DNA from: Octopus sinensis
Taxonomy: Eukaryota
Assembly: GCF_006345805.1 (NCBI RefSeq)
Contig: NC_043016.1
Span: forward strand, 17,856,001 to 17,920,000
DNA: 64,000 nucleotides
Direction of reading: 5' to 3'
Shown here: in pieces, positions 1-12,029 of the stretch
Layout: every line of letters starts with the position of its first letter
Position numbering within the stretch: position 1 is the first letter of the stretch
Notes under the pieces: model-generated
What the model was told of the DNA's origin: nothing
What the model saw: the letters and a program-made list of their open reading frames with translations, nothing else
The model's database searches: none
Program-made: the position numbers and the translations under genes

Positions 1-300
1 ACCAATGCCTTGTGAGTGGATTTGGTAGACGGAAACTGAAAGAAGCCTGTCGTATATATGTATATATATGTGTGTGTGTGTGAATATGTTTGTGTGTCTG
101 TGTTTGTTCCCCTAGCATTGCTTGACAACCGATGCTGGTGTGTTTACGTCCCCGTCACTTAGCGGTTCGGCAAAAGAGACCGATAGAATAAGTACTGGGC
201 TTACAAAGAATAAGTCCCGGGGTCGATTTGCTCGACTAAAGGCGGTGCTCCAGCATGGCTGCAGTCAAATGACTGAAACAAGTAAAAGAGTAAAAAGAGT
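1..300 (+). mobile_element. tRNA-derived SINE family A, 3' part (cut by window edge)
   Basis: Matches the body and (AAGAGTA)n tail of the full copies at 12802, 16193 and 32545. Confidence 0.85.
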
Positions 301-750
301 ATAGTACTGTGCGATTTAGAAATTCGTTTTGTTTCCTATGTAGTCTGTAATTCGGTCCCACGGCACAATATCTTGAGTCTTTTTTCCTTGGTTTCTAGCT
401 GACGAAAGCTCTGTGTATGAAATTTGGCAGGCGAACACTGAGTTGGAGCTCATCGCCATGTCCGTTTCCGTATTCGAGAGTAGATGTAATCCATTTTTCG
501 GTTTAACACTACCATCTGACACGAGGTTGTCTATAGCGGAATCCAATCAGTTGCATGCATTTTAGCCAGATCACATTTTCTTCTCACCTGTTATGGAGGC
601 CCTGAGAAGGGCCGTGGATGCTGTCCTTCCTCAAACCGAGTTATTAAAGGAAAGTTAATAATTGTTTCACGAATAGCCCGTTTACTTTAATCTATATTAC
701 AGATTTTTCCTTCTATATCATAACACCAGGGTCATACTCTGTCAACTAAA

Positions 751-860
751 CAATGGGATGATAGTTAGACTATAGTTAGTAATATTCAATGGGATGATAG
801 TTAGACTATAGTTAGTAATATTCAATGGGATGATAGTTAGACTATAGGTAGTAATATTCA
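751..860. repeat. 36 bp tandem repeat x3
   Basis: CAATGGGATGATAGTTAGACTATAGTTAGTAATATT at 751, 787 and 823; no spacers. Confidence 0.95.
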
Positions 861-870
861 CATATTAAAG

Positions 871-1089
871 AAGGCGGCGAGCTAGCGGAATCGGTTAGCA
901 CGCTGGGCGAAATGCTTAGCGGTATTTCGCCCATCTTTACGTTCTGAGTCCAAATTCCGTCGAGGTCGACTTTGCCTTTCATTCTCTCGGGGTCGATAAA
1001 TTAAGTATCAGTTGCTTACTGGGGTCGATCTAATCGACTGGCCTCCTCCCCAAACATTTCAGGCCTTGTGCCTAGAGTAGAAAGGAATA
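871..1089 (+). mobile_element. tRNA-derived SINE family B (tail type 1)
   Basis: Head aaggcggcgagc, body gaggtcgactttgcctttca...ggggtcgat, tail ggccttgtgcctagagtagaaa; many copies in window. Confidence 0.85.
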
Positions 1090-1090
1090 A

Positions 1091-1174
1091 TGTTGCTCAA
1101 GAACGCAACGCGTCGCCCGGTCCAGGAATCGAAACCACAATCTTACGATCTAACCACTAAGCCACACACTTCCA
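1091..1174 (-). mobile_element. SINE family D head fragment
   Basis: Reverse complement gives tggcttagtggttag...ggtttcgattcc (A/B-box-like), matching 52681. Confidence 0.7.
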
Positions 1175-1383
1175 CACGAGAAATCAATATGGCCGTTTAA
1201 TTACATAGAGATAACTTTTTAATATGAAGGAAATGCAGTTTATTTTTTAAAAGCATCAGTGCTCTATGGGTGCATGTTTTTTTAACAACCCTGGGAAGAC
1301 AAAATGGGATAACGACCCGGAATGCATTTGAACTCGAGAAACAGAACGATGAATCAAAAACCTACAAAACAAATCATTCTCGT

Positions 1384-1720
1384 AGAAAATTACTATTTTT
1401 AAATCTCACAACGCGAGACACTCAGCAACAGTATTTTGTAGTAAAGGTTATTAGCCAACATAACCTGGCAGTCCTGGTTTAGACGAATGTTGCTGTAATT
1501 TAGCTCCAGGAAACAACGTCTCCAAGCTGGCTATACGACACGATCTGTTCCCTTATATTTTCGAACAAGGGAATCTAGCACCCCCACTCAGCTCAAAACA
1601 ATATTTGTGCGTCGCGATTTCCGGGTTATTTCCCTTCATCAGCACAGAACTACAGCTAAATTACAGTGACATTCGTCCTAAACCAGGACTACCATGTTAT
1701 GTTGGCAAATAATCTTTACT
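1384..1720. mobile_element. Inverted-repeat element (Penelope-like terminal repeat remnant) with 15 bp flanking direct repeat
   Basis: ACAAATCATTCTCGT at 1369-1383 and 1721-1735. Imperfect inverted arms at about 1441-1505 and 1655-1720. Degenerate CTGATGA...GAAA on the minus strand at about 1605-1645. Confidence 0.55.
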
Positions 1721-2377
1721 ACAAATCATTCTCGTGTTCACCGTTTCTGCTAACGACACATCAATATGGAATGCTTTCTTGCTTGTCGAAATTCTGTTTG
1801 CTTCTTAAGTGTTTAATTAAATAACTGATATTTTCACAACTTCCAAAGGGAATAATTTGCGTGATATTTTAGCGTGCAAACACATTGGAAAAGTTAAATC
1901 TCACATTTGCAAAATAATCGAAATGCTTGTCAATTATGCAGTTTCGATCTTCTGTTGCTTAAATAAAAGTTGTTTGTTTGAGAGTGTGCGCGTGGGAGGG
2001 TGTGCGTGGGGACGTGGGGGTGGGGGTGTGGGGGGCGTGGGGGCGTGTGTTTTTCCAACGGGAATTAATATGTTTGTTTGCAATTCAGTAATTGGTCGTG
2101 ATTGAATATAATCACGCGACACTTCTGGGAGAAGACCAGTTCTGGAAACAATTCGACCATGCGCTTATTCTTTCCCATGAGTTTTACGTATCTTGGCAGC
2201 TCTTTCATCTCATCCATTAATAAAGACTGATAAGTATTTCCAGTATAAAGTCAACAGTACTTTATTGATACTTTATTTTATCGACACTGCTTCGGTACAG
2301 ACGACAGATAAAATCAACAACAACAACAACAACAATAATAATAATGATGATGATGATGATGATGATGATGAAGGTTT

Positions 2378-2543
2378 CAAATTTTGCCACAAGGATAGCC
2401 ATTGGAGGTGGCGGGGTGAGTCGATTACATCGACCCCCCAGTGTTCAACTGGTACTTATTTTATCGACCGCGAAAGGATGAAAGGTAAAGTCGTCCTCGG
2501 CAGAATTTCAACTTAGAACGTAGCGACAGCCGAAATACCGCTA
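2378..2543 (-). mobile_element. SINE family B, 5'-truncated
   Basis: Reverse B body; (AAC)/(AAT)/(GAT) repeats at its 3' side. Confidence 0.8.
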
Positions 2544-2589
2544 ATAATGATGATAATAATAATAATAAAAACTTAGATAAAACTTAGAT

Positions 2590-3208
2590 ATGTTTCGACC
2601 AGAGATTGGTCCAGGCCATGTCTAACTTAATAGCACCACCTGATAGGATTATTCGAATCCTGTTTAAGTCAAGTTTTGTTCAAGTAGTGAGTTCTTGTTG
2701 GGTGAGTTGTATCCAGTTTTGTTCAAGTAGTGAGTTCTTGTTGGGTGAGTTGTATCCAATTATGGGTGGCTTATCTGGTATTCTTTGAAGGAATCTATCC
2801 AGGCTCTGTTTGAAGTTGATGGGATCCTTTTCCTCTTTGATCTCCCTCGGGACAATGTTAAATAGGGCAGGGCCTGTTGAGGAAAAGAAATTATGTTGCA
2901 GTGTACATGTATGTTGTGATCTTGAATTTGCAGGGGACGTATAGCCCGTGGTCCAAGTCTCGGCTGAACCTTGAAGCTAATGTTTAGGTCGTTTGGGCAA
3001 AGTTGGCGGTATATTTTCCACATCGTACAAATGATGTACCGCTCACGGCGACGCTGGAGGGAGTAAAGTTTCAAGGCTTTAAGGCGATCCCAATAATCGA
3101 GAGCAGCCATGCCTTCAATTTGTTTAGTGAGAGCCCTCTGGGGTGACTCAATTCTGGAGATGTTTTGTCTTGTGTGAGGAGACCACAGTGGGCAGCAGTA
3201 TTCAAGGT
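2590..3208 (-). mobile_element. CR1-clade LINE 3' fragment
   Basis: LEYCCPLWSPH..IESPQRALTKQIEGM..DYWDRLKALKLYSLQRRRERY, typical of the CR1 ORF2 C-terminus. Internal about 44 bp duplication at about 2668-2757. Confidence 0.85.
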
Positions 3209-3214
3209 ATAATA

Positions 3215-3294
<80 letters not shown>

Positions 3295-3300
3295 GTAATG

Positions 3301-3344
<44 letters not shown>

Positions 3345-3398
3345 CATAATAATAATGATAATAATAATGATAATAATAATGATAATAATAATAACAAT
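3209..3398. repeat. (AAT)n microsatellite
   Basis: Long interrupted AAT tract. Confidence 0.95.
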
Positions 3399-3729
3399 AG
3401 AATCAAAGGGAAAGACGAATAAATACTGAACAACTGTGATGACTTGAAGTGGGAAATGCGCAGGTTGTGGGCATTGAGGAGAGTGGACGTGATATCAGTA
3501 GTAATTGGCACGCTTAGAAGTACCAGCACTCTACTACCAACATGGCTGAAAAAGATTGGTCAAATGTAAAGAGAGAACACCTACAAAAATCAGCATTGTT
3601 TGGAATTGCAAGAGTTCTCAGCATGGTTCTTGAAGCATGATCAATAAACAAGTGTCACCTTAGTCTGCTGGCTGTGAACTACTAACACTTTCCATCATAA
3701 CCGACAAAATAAATTGAGAGTTTCCATCA
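3399..3729 (+). mobile_element. R4/Dong-type REL non-LTR element 3' end
   Basis: DDLKWEMRRLWALRRVDVISVVIGTL and HLQKSALFGIARVLSMVLEA* (frameshifted); flanked by (AAT)n on both sides. Confidence 0.8.
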
Positions 3730-3745
3730 AATAATAATAATAATA

Positions 3746-3784
<39 letters not shown>

Positions 3785-3786
3785 TG

Positions 3787-3831
<45 letters not shown>

Positions 3832-3843
3832 TAATATAATAAT

Positions 3844-4398
3844 AAATGCCCTGATGCAGTACCAGGCAGTGGCTCTCGTGGCTTATCTTGATTGATGGGA
3901 AGTGTTATCATGTACATTGTTTTGTCTTGGTATAAAAGATGGGCTACAGCAAATATTCTGCTCAATACCACAGATTTGCTTGTCAGTTGTTTGACCTTAA
4001 CCAGTTGAGCATGTCTCTTATTTGCCGACTATATGTGTATCTTTGATCACGAGCAGAAGTAGTGGGGGAGCATCATAGCCATGTGTTGAGAGGAATTCTT
4101 TGGAGTTTGAATAATTCACCTCAGGAAACATGGGTGTTTCGTTCAACATCCTTAAACATCCCTTATTCAGGGACCTTTTGAGCGGGATGGGTTACTCAAC
4201 CAGAAGAAAATTCTAACTGGGCCCCACCTGCAAAGTCATGTGCTGTTTATCTTGATATGAGATCACCATGTTGCGCACATATGGTTGTGATGCATGTGCC
4301 TAGTGTACCCTTATCAGACGGGTAGTCATGATGGGTATACTGGGCTTTGTATATTTTACCCCAGTGTCACTTTGATGGCATGCGCTGCTCTCTTTCTC
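3844..4398 (+). mobile_element. Family E, about 555 bp non-coding (AAT)n-embedded element, copy 1
   Basis: Same ends as 4441-4998; reverse copy at 48449-48893; all flanked by (AAT)n. Confidence 0.85.
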
Positions 4399-4440
<42 letters not shown>

Positions 4441-4444
<4 letters not shown>

Positions 4445-4998
4445 GCCCTGATGCAGTACCAGGCAGTGGCTCTCATGGCTTCTGATCTTAACTGATTGCA
4501 AGTGTTATCGTGTACATTGTTTTGTCTTGGTATAAAAGATGGGCTACAGCAAATATTCTGCTCAATACCACAGATTTGCTTGTCAGTTGTTTGACCTTAA
4601 CCAGTTGAGCATGTCCCTTAGTGGCTGACGATGTGTGCATCTCTGATCACGAGCAGAAGTAGTGGGGGAGCATCATAGCCATGTGTTGAGAGGAATTCTT
4701 TGGGTTTGGGATAATTCACCTTTGGAAATATAGGTGTTTTGTTCAACATCCTTAAAAAATCCTTATTCGGGAACCTTTTGAGCGGAATGGGCTACCTGAC
4801 CAGAAGGAAATTCTAACTGGGCCCCACCTGCAAGGTCATGCGCTGTTTATCTTGATATGAGATCACCATGTCATGCACATATGGTTGTGATGCATGTGCC
4901 TGGTGTACCCTTATCAGACGGGTAGTCATGATGGGTATGCTGGGCTTCGTATATTTAACCCCAGTGTCACTTTGATAGCATGAACTGCTCTCTCACTC
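4441..4998 (+). mobile_element. Family E copy 2
   Basis: Full-length homolog of 3844-4398, diverged at several dozen positions. Confidence 0.85.
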
Positions 4999-5911
4999 AA
5001 TAATAATAATAATATTAGTTTCGAATTTTGGCACAAGTGCAACAATTTTAAAGGAGGGTTAACTGATTACATCCTAGTAATTAACTGGTAGTTATTTTGA
5101 GCTAAGCATTTTGTCCACACGCTAACGGTTCTACTATTTCACCGCCTTATGATAATGACAATAATAACAACAACAGCAACAGCGATAACAACGACTGATA
5201 TTTATTTATATGCAAACATTCGTTTAGATGCAATTAGTACTCGTTTATTTTACAGGAATATGCAAACATGAAAATAAACAAACAAACAAACGAACAAAAA
5301 AAAAGAAACCACAAGTGAAAAATGTCAACTAGCTGAATCAATTTACGGTTCTCATAAATGAGCTCGTTATCTTAAATATTCGTTAAATGTGAATAATATT
5401 TTATCTGTCGCTCATCAACTTGTGTCTCGTTGTTTAACTAAATGGCTTTAAGTGACGAATCTGGAAATGTAGAAAAGATAGAATTATTAGAGGTTTTTTT
5501 TTTTGGACAATGTGTTTTGTAGTTTATGTTTTGGCTTTCTCCATTCTGAGTAGATAGAGACTCCGCCGATGTTAAAATTGCCTTTCATCGATAAAATAAT
5601 TCACCGGGCAAGTACTTGGGTCGATTTAATTAATTAATCCCCGTCTCCCTAATTTCATGACTCGTGCCCTTGTTAAATACAGTCTCACAAGATTATCTAA
5701 GACTCGAATGAGACACTCATTCGAATCTCATAAGCCATTCATTAAATAGCAATTTATTAATTGAGAAACAAGAAGCCCCTCAAGTAAGCACAACGTTCAT
5801 TTGTTTATCCGTACTTCTCAGCCCCTGATGAAATCGCATTTAGGTCGAAACATTGATTCAAGCTGATACTACACCAGTGCTCCGCAACCTTTTTTCGTTT
5901 GCAGCACACAC

Positions 5912-6311
5912 ATTCTTTTCTACTCTAGGCACAAGGCCCGAAATTTGGGGGTAGGGGCCAGTCGATTAGATCGACCCCAATACGCAACTGGTACTTAATT
6001 TATTGACCTCGAAAGGATGAAAGGCAAAGTCGACCTTGGTGGAATTTAAACTCAGAACGTAAAGACAGACTAAATACCTATTTCTTTATTACCCACAATG
6101 GGCTAAACACAGAGAGGACAAACAAGGACAGACAAACGGATTAAGTCGATTACATCAACCTCAATGCGCAACTGTTACTTAATTTATCGATCCCGAAAGG
6201 ATGAAAGGCAAAGTCGACCTTGACGAAATTTGAACTCAGAACGTAGCGGCAGACTAAATACCGCTAAGCATTTTGCCCGGCGTGCTAACGTTTCTGCCTG
6301 CTCGCCGCCTT
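5912..6311 (-). mobile_element. SINE family B dimer (tail-2 unit nested in tail-1 unit)
   Basis: Two B bodies. CAGACTAAATACC occurs at 6066-6078 and 6250-6262. Confidence 0.85.
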
Positions 6312-6324
6312 ATATTCTTTTCAA

Positions 6325-6445
6325 AATTCTGCGGCACACCTGAACTAAAAATATTACTAAAAGTATAGGGAAAAAATTACATTTAGGTCACACTGCGGCA
6401 CGCTTAACAGCAGTGTGTCGCGGCAGACCGCTACGAAGCACTACA
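6325..6445. mobile_element. hAT-like MITE fragment
   Basis: gcggcacac / gtgtgtcgcggcagacc motifs resemble hAT MITE subtermini; degraded. Confidence 0.35.
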
Positions 6446-7224
6446 CTACACTATCCAGTCCCTTTGAGAGGAACTGCTTACACATTAACCAATGTGACCT
6501 TTGTTTTAAAGAAGACAAAGTACGCTTCAAGTGGGAATTAGTTACTATTTCTAACTGGTTGAATTACCACGTTGATAGAGAGACTCTTTCTCATTAACTT
6601 GCAAACACAAAGTAAATGGTATCTCGTAAAATCAGGGAAAAAAGAGGTACTCATTATATAAATTATGATTAAGTCAATTATGCGCGTTTCGTAATTAACA
6701 GTTTTTAATAAATTTCTTTAACAAATTGTTAATATAAAATATTAAAGCATTTTTGATGTATTGTTTTCCTCATCATTTCATTTATGCATTTGTTTTATGT
6801 TTCAGGTGACACTGAAAGCTAATTAAGTGACAAGTTTTGTAAATAAATTTCACAAACTGTTGGATATAAAGCAAATTCTTTATTCAAACGCATAAATTTC
6901 GAAGGTAAAGCATTTATTATATTTTACTTTATTGATTTATTTAGGCGCCATTTTGGAGTGCTGTCTACATAGCTATTTACACTTTAGCGTCCAGTCTAAC
7001 CCTAACTCTCGTCCTGACCCTAATCCTAAACCCTAGCCCTAATCAAAGTCAGTTAATTTCACAATGCAAAAAAAAAATATGTAAACTGGTTTTATTAACT
7101 GAATAACCTTAAAAATGGGACGATTTGTGCGCGAGGAAGACGATAGAGCGGGGATGAGGTGGATTATTATTTTGAAGTCCTTCCATTAAGACTTCATGAA
7201 GAGCAATTACTGGCGTTTTTTCTC

Positions 7225-8095
7225 TCACTTTGCTTAGTTTAGGCTTTTGAGGCACACTTTCTTCACTTCTTACACTTGCAGTTCGTTTTATTAGAAACAC
7301 ATCAAAAGAAGTCTGCTTTTTCCTGCCTTTCAAAATGTTACGAAAATGCGCCAGAGCAGTGTCATTAAATAAAGCAGCTGCATGACCTGTAGCTACTTTT
7401 ACAAGATGATATTTATCTACAAATTCAGAAACATATTTCCACTTTATCAACACTGCCTTTATGCCACTCGTAGAGTTAGCATTCTCCGCTACACTACCAA
7501 ACCATATCGATGATTTTCAGGCGGTTTACAATGTTATACTGCTCCTTCCAAAACTCACGAACGGTTAGATTCGTATTTTCGGTGACTTCAAAGCACCGAC
7601 AAAACAGGTGTTTGGTGTACAATTTCTTAAAATTAGAAGTCACTTGTTGGTCAATGAACTGCAAGATAGGGGTGGTGTTGCGTGAAAGGTACAGAACTTT
7701 TATAAATTCAACTTCCTCCTAGATATCCTCTTCGAGGTTAAGAGGGTGAGCAGGGGCATTGTCGAGGATGAGGAGAGCCTTGAGAGGAAGCTTGTTCTCC
7801 AGAAGATACTTTTTCACTGCTGGTCCGAAGACAATGTCGACCCACTCTGAGAAACGTTAAAGCCTGGTGACCCATGCTTTAACGTTTGGCCTCCACATGA
7901 CCTGAAGCTTCTCCTTTGTGAATCTGTGTGACTTGAATGCTCGTGAGTTTTCGGAATGGTAGACAAGGAGCGGCTTAATCTTCAAGTCTCTACTGACATT
8001 GACACAAAGGACGAGAGTTAGCCTATGTTTCATAGGCCTGTGGCCTGGCATTTTCTTCTCCTCTGCAATTATGTAAATTCTTCTGGGCTTTTCCC
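7225..8095 (-). mobile_element. pogo/Tigger transposase relic
   Basis: EEKKMPGHRPMKHRLTLVLC..KIKPLLVYHSEN..AWVTR, LLILDNAPAHP, and C-terminal LFNDTALAHFRNILKGRKKQTSFD; several frame disruptions. Confidence 0.9.
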
Positions 8096-8392
8096 CCCCC
8101 CAAAAAAACATTATATTATGTCAATATATTTATTTATTTACTAAAATGATAATTACAAGAATATACATACATGTATAACATATTATTCTTTACATATAAA
8201 TATATATTAATATATAAAGATACCAGTAATTATTAAAATATAACATACAGGAATATATATATATGAGCGTCCAATAATACTATATTTGTTCCACGCCCTC
8301 GCGTTGTTGTGTTTTCTCTTTGTGTTTTCATGTTTGGATTAACTATATATATATATATATATATATAGTGAGAATTATAGTAGTAATCCTAA

Positions 8393-8470
<78 letters not shown>

Positions 8471-9504
8471 GATTTACAAAAAAACAAAAGACGAAGGCGG
8501 GTGTGTAAATAATAATCAGATGTATTAGTTTAACGCCGTTATGTGTCATTAAACAGTAATTAGTTCCGCAGTGTATATTATGCGGTGCCGCTAATCAGTC
8601 ACTGAAATCAGAATTATTTTCAGCTGTACATGAAACATGCAAGCTCGGTACATTAACTGTTATGGTAAATAGCTGTTATTATTATTATTTTTTGCTACAC
8701 GCATTAACTACTAATGTGAATTCACAATCTATTGTGCTATCCTGAAATTGCACAATCTCTTGTGCTATCATGACATGCAAGTCCTGCTTATCTGACGACT
8801 CCGTTGAATTCAATGGTGTTTCTCTCAGTATTCGCAGTCAGCGTATGAGCCATTAGAGACATCGTGTCTTGTTACCATAACACTGAGTTTGTATTAGTAA
8901 TTTATTTATTAACTTATATATTTTTCCGCTGTTTAAAACGTTTGAGATATTTACCAAACTTCGAGTTTTAGTTGCGAATATTTGTGACAGTCTGCTTGAA
9001 TTACGGTAAGTGGTGTACAGCGAGAATATGGAGTACTGTTCCACTCGTTGGTCACTCTGTGGTAAAAGGTTCGCATTTCATCATAAGACTATAAGTCGAA
9101 CCATAGTTTCGTAAAGACTTTATTCAATATCTAGTTTTAAAAATCGACTTGTACGCCGCAGTTAACGATACGTGTGTATGTGAGTGTGTGTGCGTGTGTG
9201 TGTGAGAGAGAGAAAGAGAGCATATATATATAGGTGAGAAAGTTGGTGTGTATATATTAATAGTATATTAATAATATATTATCAATATTAGGAAATCATT
9301 ATCAAAACTCCTCAGAAAGATATACACGTGTGAAAAATGATTGTTGTATTAGAAATATATAAATAAATAAGTATAAATATGTATAAAAATATATGTAAAT
9401 ATGTATAAGTATAAATATATAAGGTATACGACAGTTTAAAAATTTTGATTTAATTATTTAAAGCATCTTACGATCATTTATGTATATACATCTCTATATT
9501 ATCA

Positions 9505-9552
<48 letters not shown>

Positions 9553-9579
9553 GTTATTATATTATAATTATATATATAA

Positions 9580-9961
9580 CTAGCAGTATCGCCCGGCGTT
9601 GCTCAGGTTTGTAAGGGAAATAACTATAAAGCATTTTTAGAGAGTTATAGCCAAAAAATAGCAAAAAAATGGAAAAAAAATTATGGTAATTTTTTTTAGA
9701 GTTAAAAAAGGTGGAGTTGCGTCCCCTAGACAGTCTGTGGTTTGTGTTTCTGATTCTCGACCCCATGTCGAATTTATCGATTTTTTTCAGAACTGGGGGA
9801 ACTTTTCAAAATGTTCGCTGCGTTAGTTTTGAATTATGACATTGGCTATGTGTGTGTCAAGTTTCATCAGAATCGGTTGAAAGCCGTGGTCAGGGTGAGG
9901 GTACGAGAAAACAGACACACAGAAACACGCACAGACAAACTGCCGTTTATACAGAGAGAGA
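9580..9961 (-). mobile_element. Non-autonomous Helitron
   Basis: Minus strand reads A|TC...CTAG|T with a 3' hairpin (CCTGAGCAACGCCGGG); near-identical copy at 60457. Confidence 0.85.
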
Positions 9962-10138
9962 TTATAACAAAGGATTGGCTATAGGCCTGTCCACGTGCTG
10001 GAAAATAGACGCCAAAAGACACTATTACCACCTTAAAATCTCCGAGAATAACACAGGCGAGCAAAAGAAAGATAATAGACTTTTTCAGCGAGTGGAGAGG
10101 CTTATAGCGAACCCCTTGTTATAATTATGTATATAATT

Positions 10139-10355
10139 AAGGCGGCAAGCTGACAGAAACGTTAGCACGCCGGGCGAAATGCTTAGTGGAATTTCGTCTG
10201 TCTTTACGTTCAGAGTTCAAATTCCGCCGAGGTCGACTTTGCCTTTCATCATTTCGGGGTCGATAATTAAGTTCCAGTTGCGTATTGGGGTCAATGTAAT
10301 CGACTGGCCCCTTTCCCAAACATTTCGGGCCTTGTGCATGGAGTAGAAAAGAATT
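10139..10355 (+). mobile_element. SINE family B (tail 1)
   Basis: Full head, body and tail; CpGs retained. Confidence 0.85.
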
Positions 10356-10459
10356 ATGTATATAATTATAAAATATTTTTATTTCCGCGCTGACCACCTG
10401 GTAAAATCATTAATGGTTTTTACTTTTTTATTATAATTGATATATATGTATATACATAT

Positions 10460-10815
10460 TTCAATAGGTGAATGAATTATCCTATGTTTATCGTCAGCAT
10501 GGAAAATTCGTTTAACCGATACCAGGGTAGCAAATTCGCGTCAGAAACACGGTTGAAGCGACCTGTCCAAGGGTAGAAACTCCAGGTTCATTTGCAGAAA
10601 TGTGTGTTATATAGGAATAAATGAAAGAATGGAAACAAAAATTTCGAAATTTTTGCTTGTCTTGTTGCCGAGAAAGGATCCCTTTCTTTCCTGATGAGAA
10701 GATTCCATAATGCACCCTTTATTCCTTTGGAATGAAACCATGTGGTCTTCGAAACATATGTCGAGAGTAAAGGAATTTTGTTAACATCTTCGTTCGACTC
10801 CATTCTTTCATTTAT
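10460..10815 (+). mobile_element. Penelope-like terminal-repeat element
   Basis: Homologous to 28895-29255; carries a hammerhead motif. Confidence 0.65.
10686..10767 (+). ncRNA. Minimal type I hammerhead ribozyme
   Basis: CTTTC-CTGATGA-GAAGA...TCTTC-GAAA-CATATG-TC-GAGAG: stems I and II pair; palindromic stem III; GUC cleavage triplet. Confidence 0.8.
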
Positions 10816-10831
10816 TTATATATATATATAC

Positions 10832-10862
<31 letters not shown>

Positions 10863-11034
10863 TGTATGTATGTATATATATATATATATATCTTGACCCA
10901 AACTGGTTCAGTTAGGTCAACATGGAAATGACAGTCTCAATCCCGTGAACTGGGAGTGCATTGTGACCAGCCGTGTATAACGGCATTTGATGGTCCGGTC
11001 GATGCTGGAATAATGTGATGTGTGTGTGTGTATG

Positions 11035-11174
<140 letters not shown>

Positions 11175-11384
11175 ATCAGTTCGCTTCGAGCCAATCTGGT
11201 TGAAAGATCCTGAACGAAGCTGAACAGAAAATTATGCCCGGTTGCATATGCGACTGCCTATACTCTGTACAGTGGAAACACGGGTAGGCCGCCGTGTTTG
11301 ACATTGTAGTGACTACAAAGACACGTACAATGGGAGATATCAAGTATGCTTTATTAGCGATGAAGTAGGTAATCCATTACAAAT

Positions 11385-12010
11385 GTTCAAAGTGTTGGCC
11401 ATGTAGCTTTAAACAAGTGTTCTTAGGGAATTTGAAATTGCGATGAACCCTCTCAAATAGCTCTTCATCGCCGTTGACTTGTTCACACGCTTCGACAATT
11501 CTTTGAAGAAGATGTCCTTGACCACGAATCTTTTCAGACTACACAAGGGATTTAATGTAGCCCCAGAAGAAAAAGTCCATGAGAGTTAAATCTTTTGACC
11601 GTGGTGTCCATTCAATTGACCCGCGACGCCCGAGCCATCTTCCTGGAAAATGTTCATCCAGAAAACCACGAACCTGTTATGCATAATGAGGTGGAGCCCC
11701 ATCCTGCTGAAGCCAGACAGGATGTCCCCTTTCAAATGAATGCACGTGAGACATCATCTTGCTGCCAAGCATGTCCAGATACGAATCACTTGTCACAGAG
11801 CCCTCATAATTAAAAAATGGTCCAATTATTTGATTGTACCAAATCCCACACTACACCATTACCTTGACCCCGCCTTTTTGATTATCTTCCCCCATCCATT
11901 GAGGATTAGTTTGTGAGTAATATCGGCAGTGGTGAAAAGAGATTAAAAAAAAAGAGTTTTGCAATTTCACATATCGCAAGATGGTGCGTGACTTTATGGC
12001 CACTCTGTAT
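11385..12010 (-). mobile_element. Tc1/mariner (DD37D-like) relic, internally deleted
   Basis: DLTLMDFFFWGYIKSLV, GQHFEHL*, CGIWYNQIIGPFF; a TA|CAGAGTGGCC terminus at about 12008. Confidence 0.8.
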
Positions 12011-12029
12011 ATAACCCGCTCGTAATAAT

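Noticed and set aside
316-546. 76 aa ORF
   Set aside because: No recognisable domain or splice context.
751-860. 36 bp repeats as a CRISPR array
   Set aside because: The units abut with no spacers, there are no cas genes and the context is eukaryotic.
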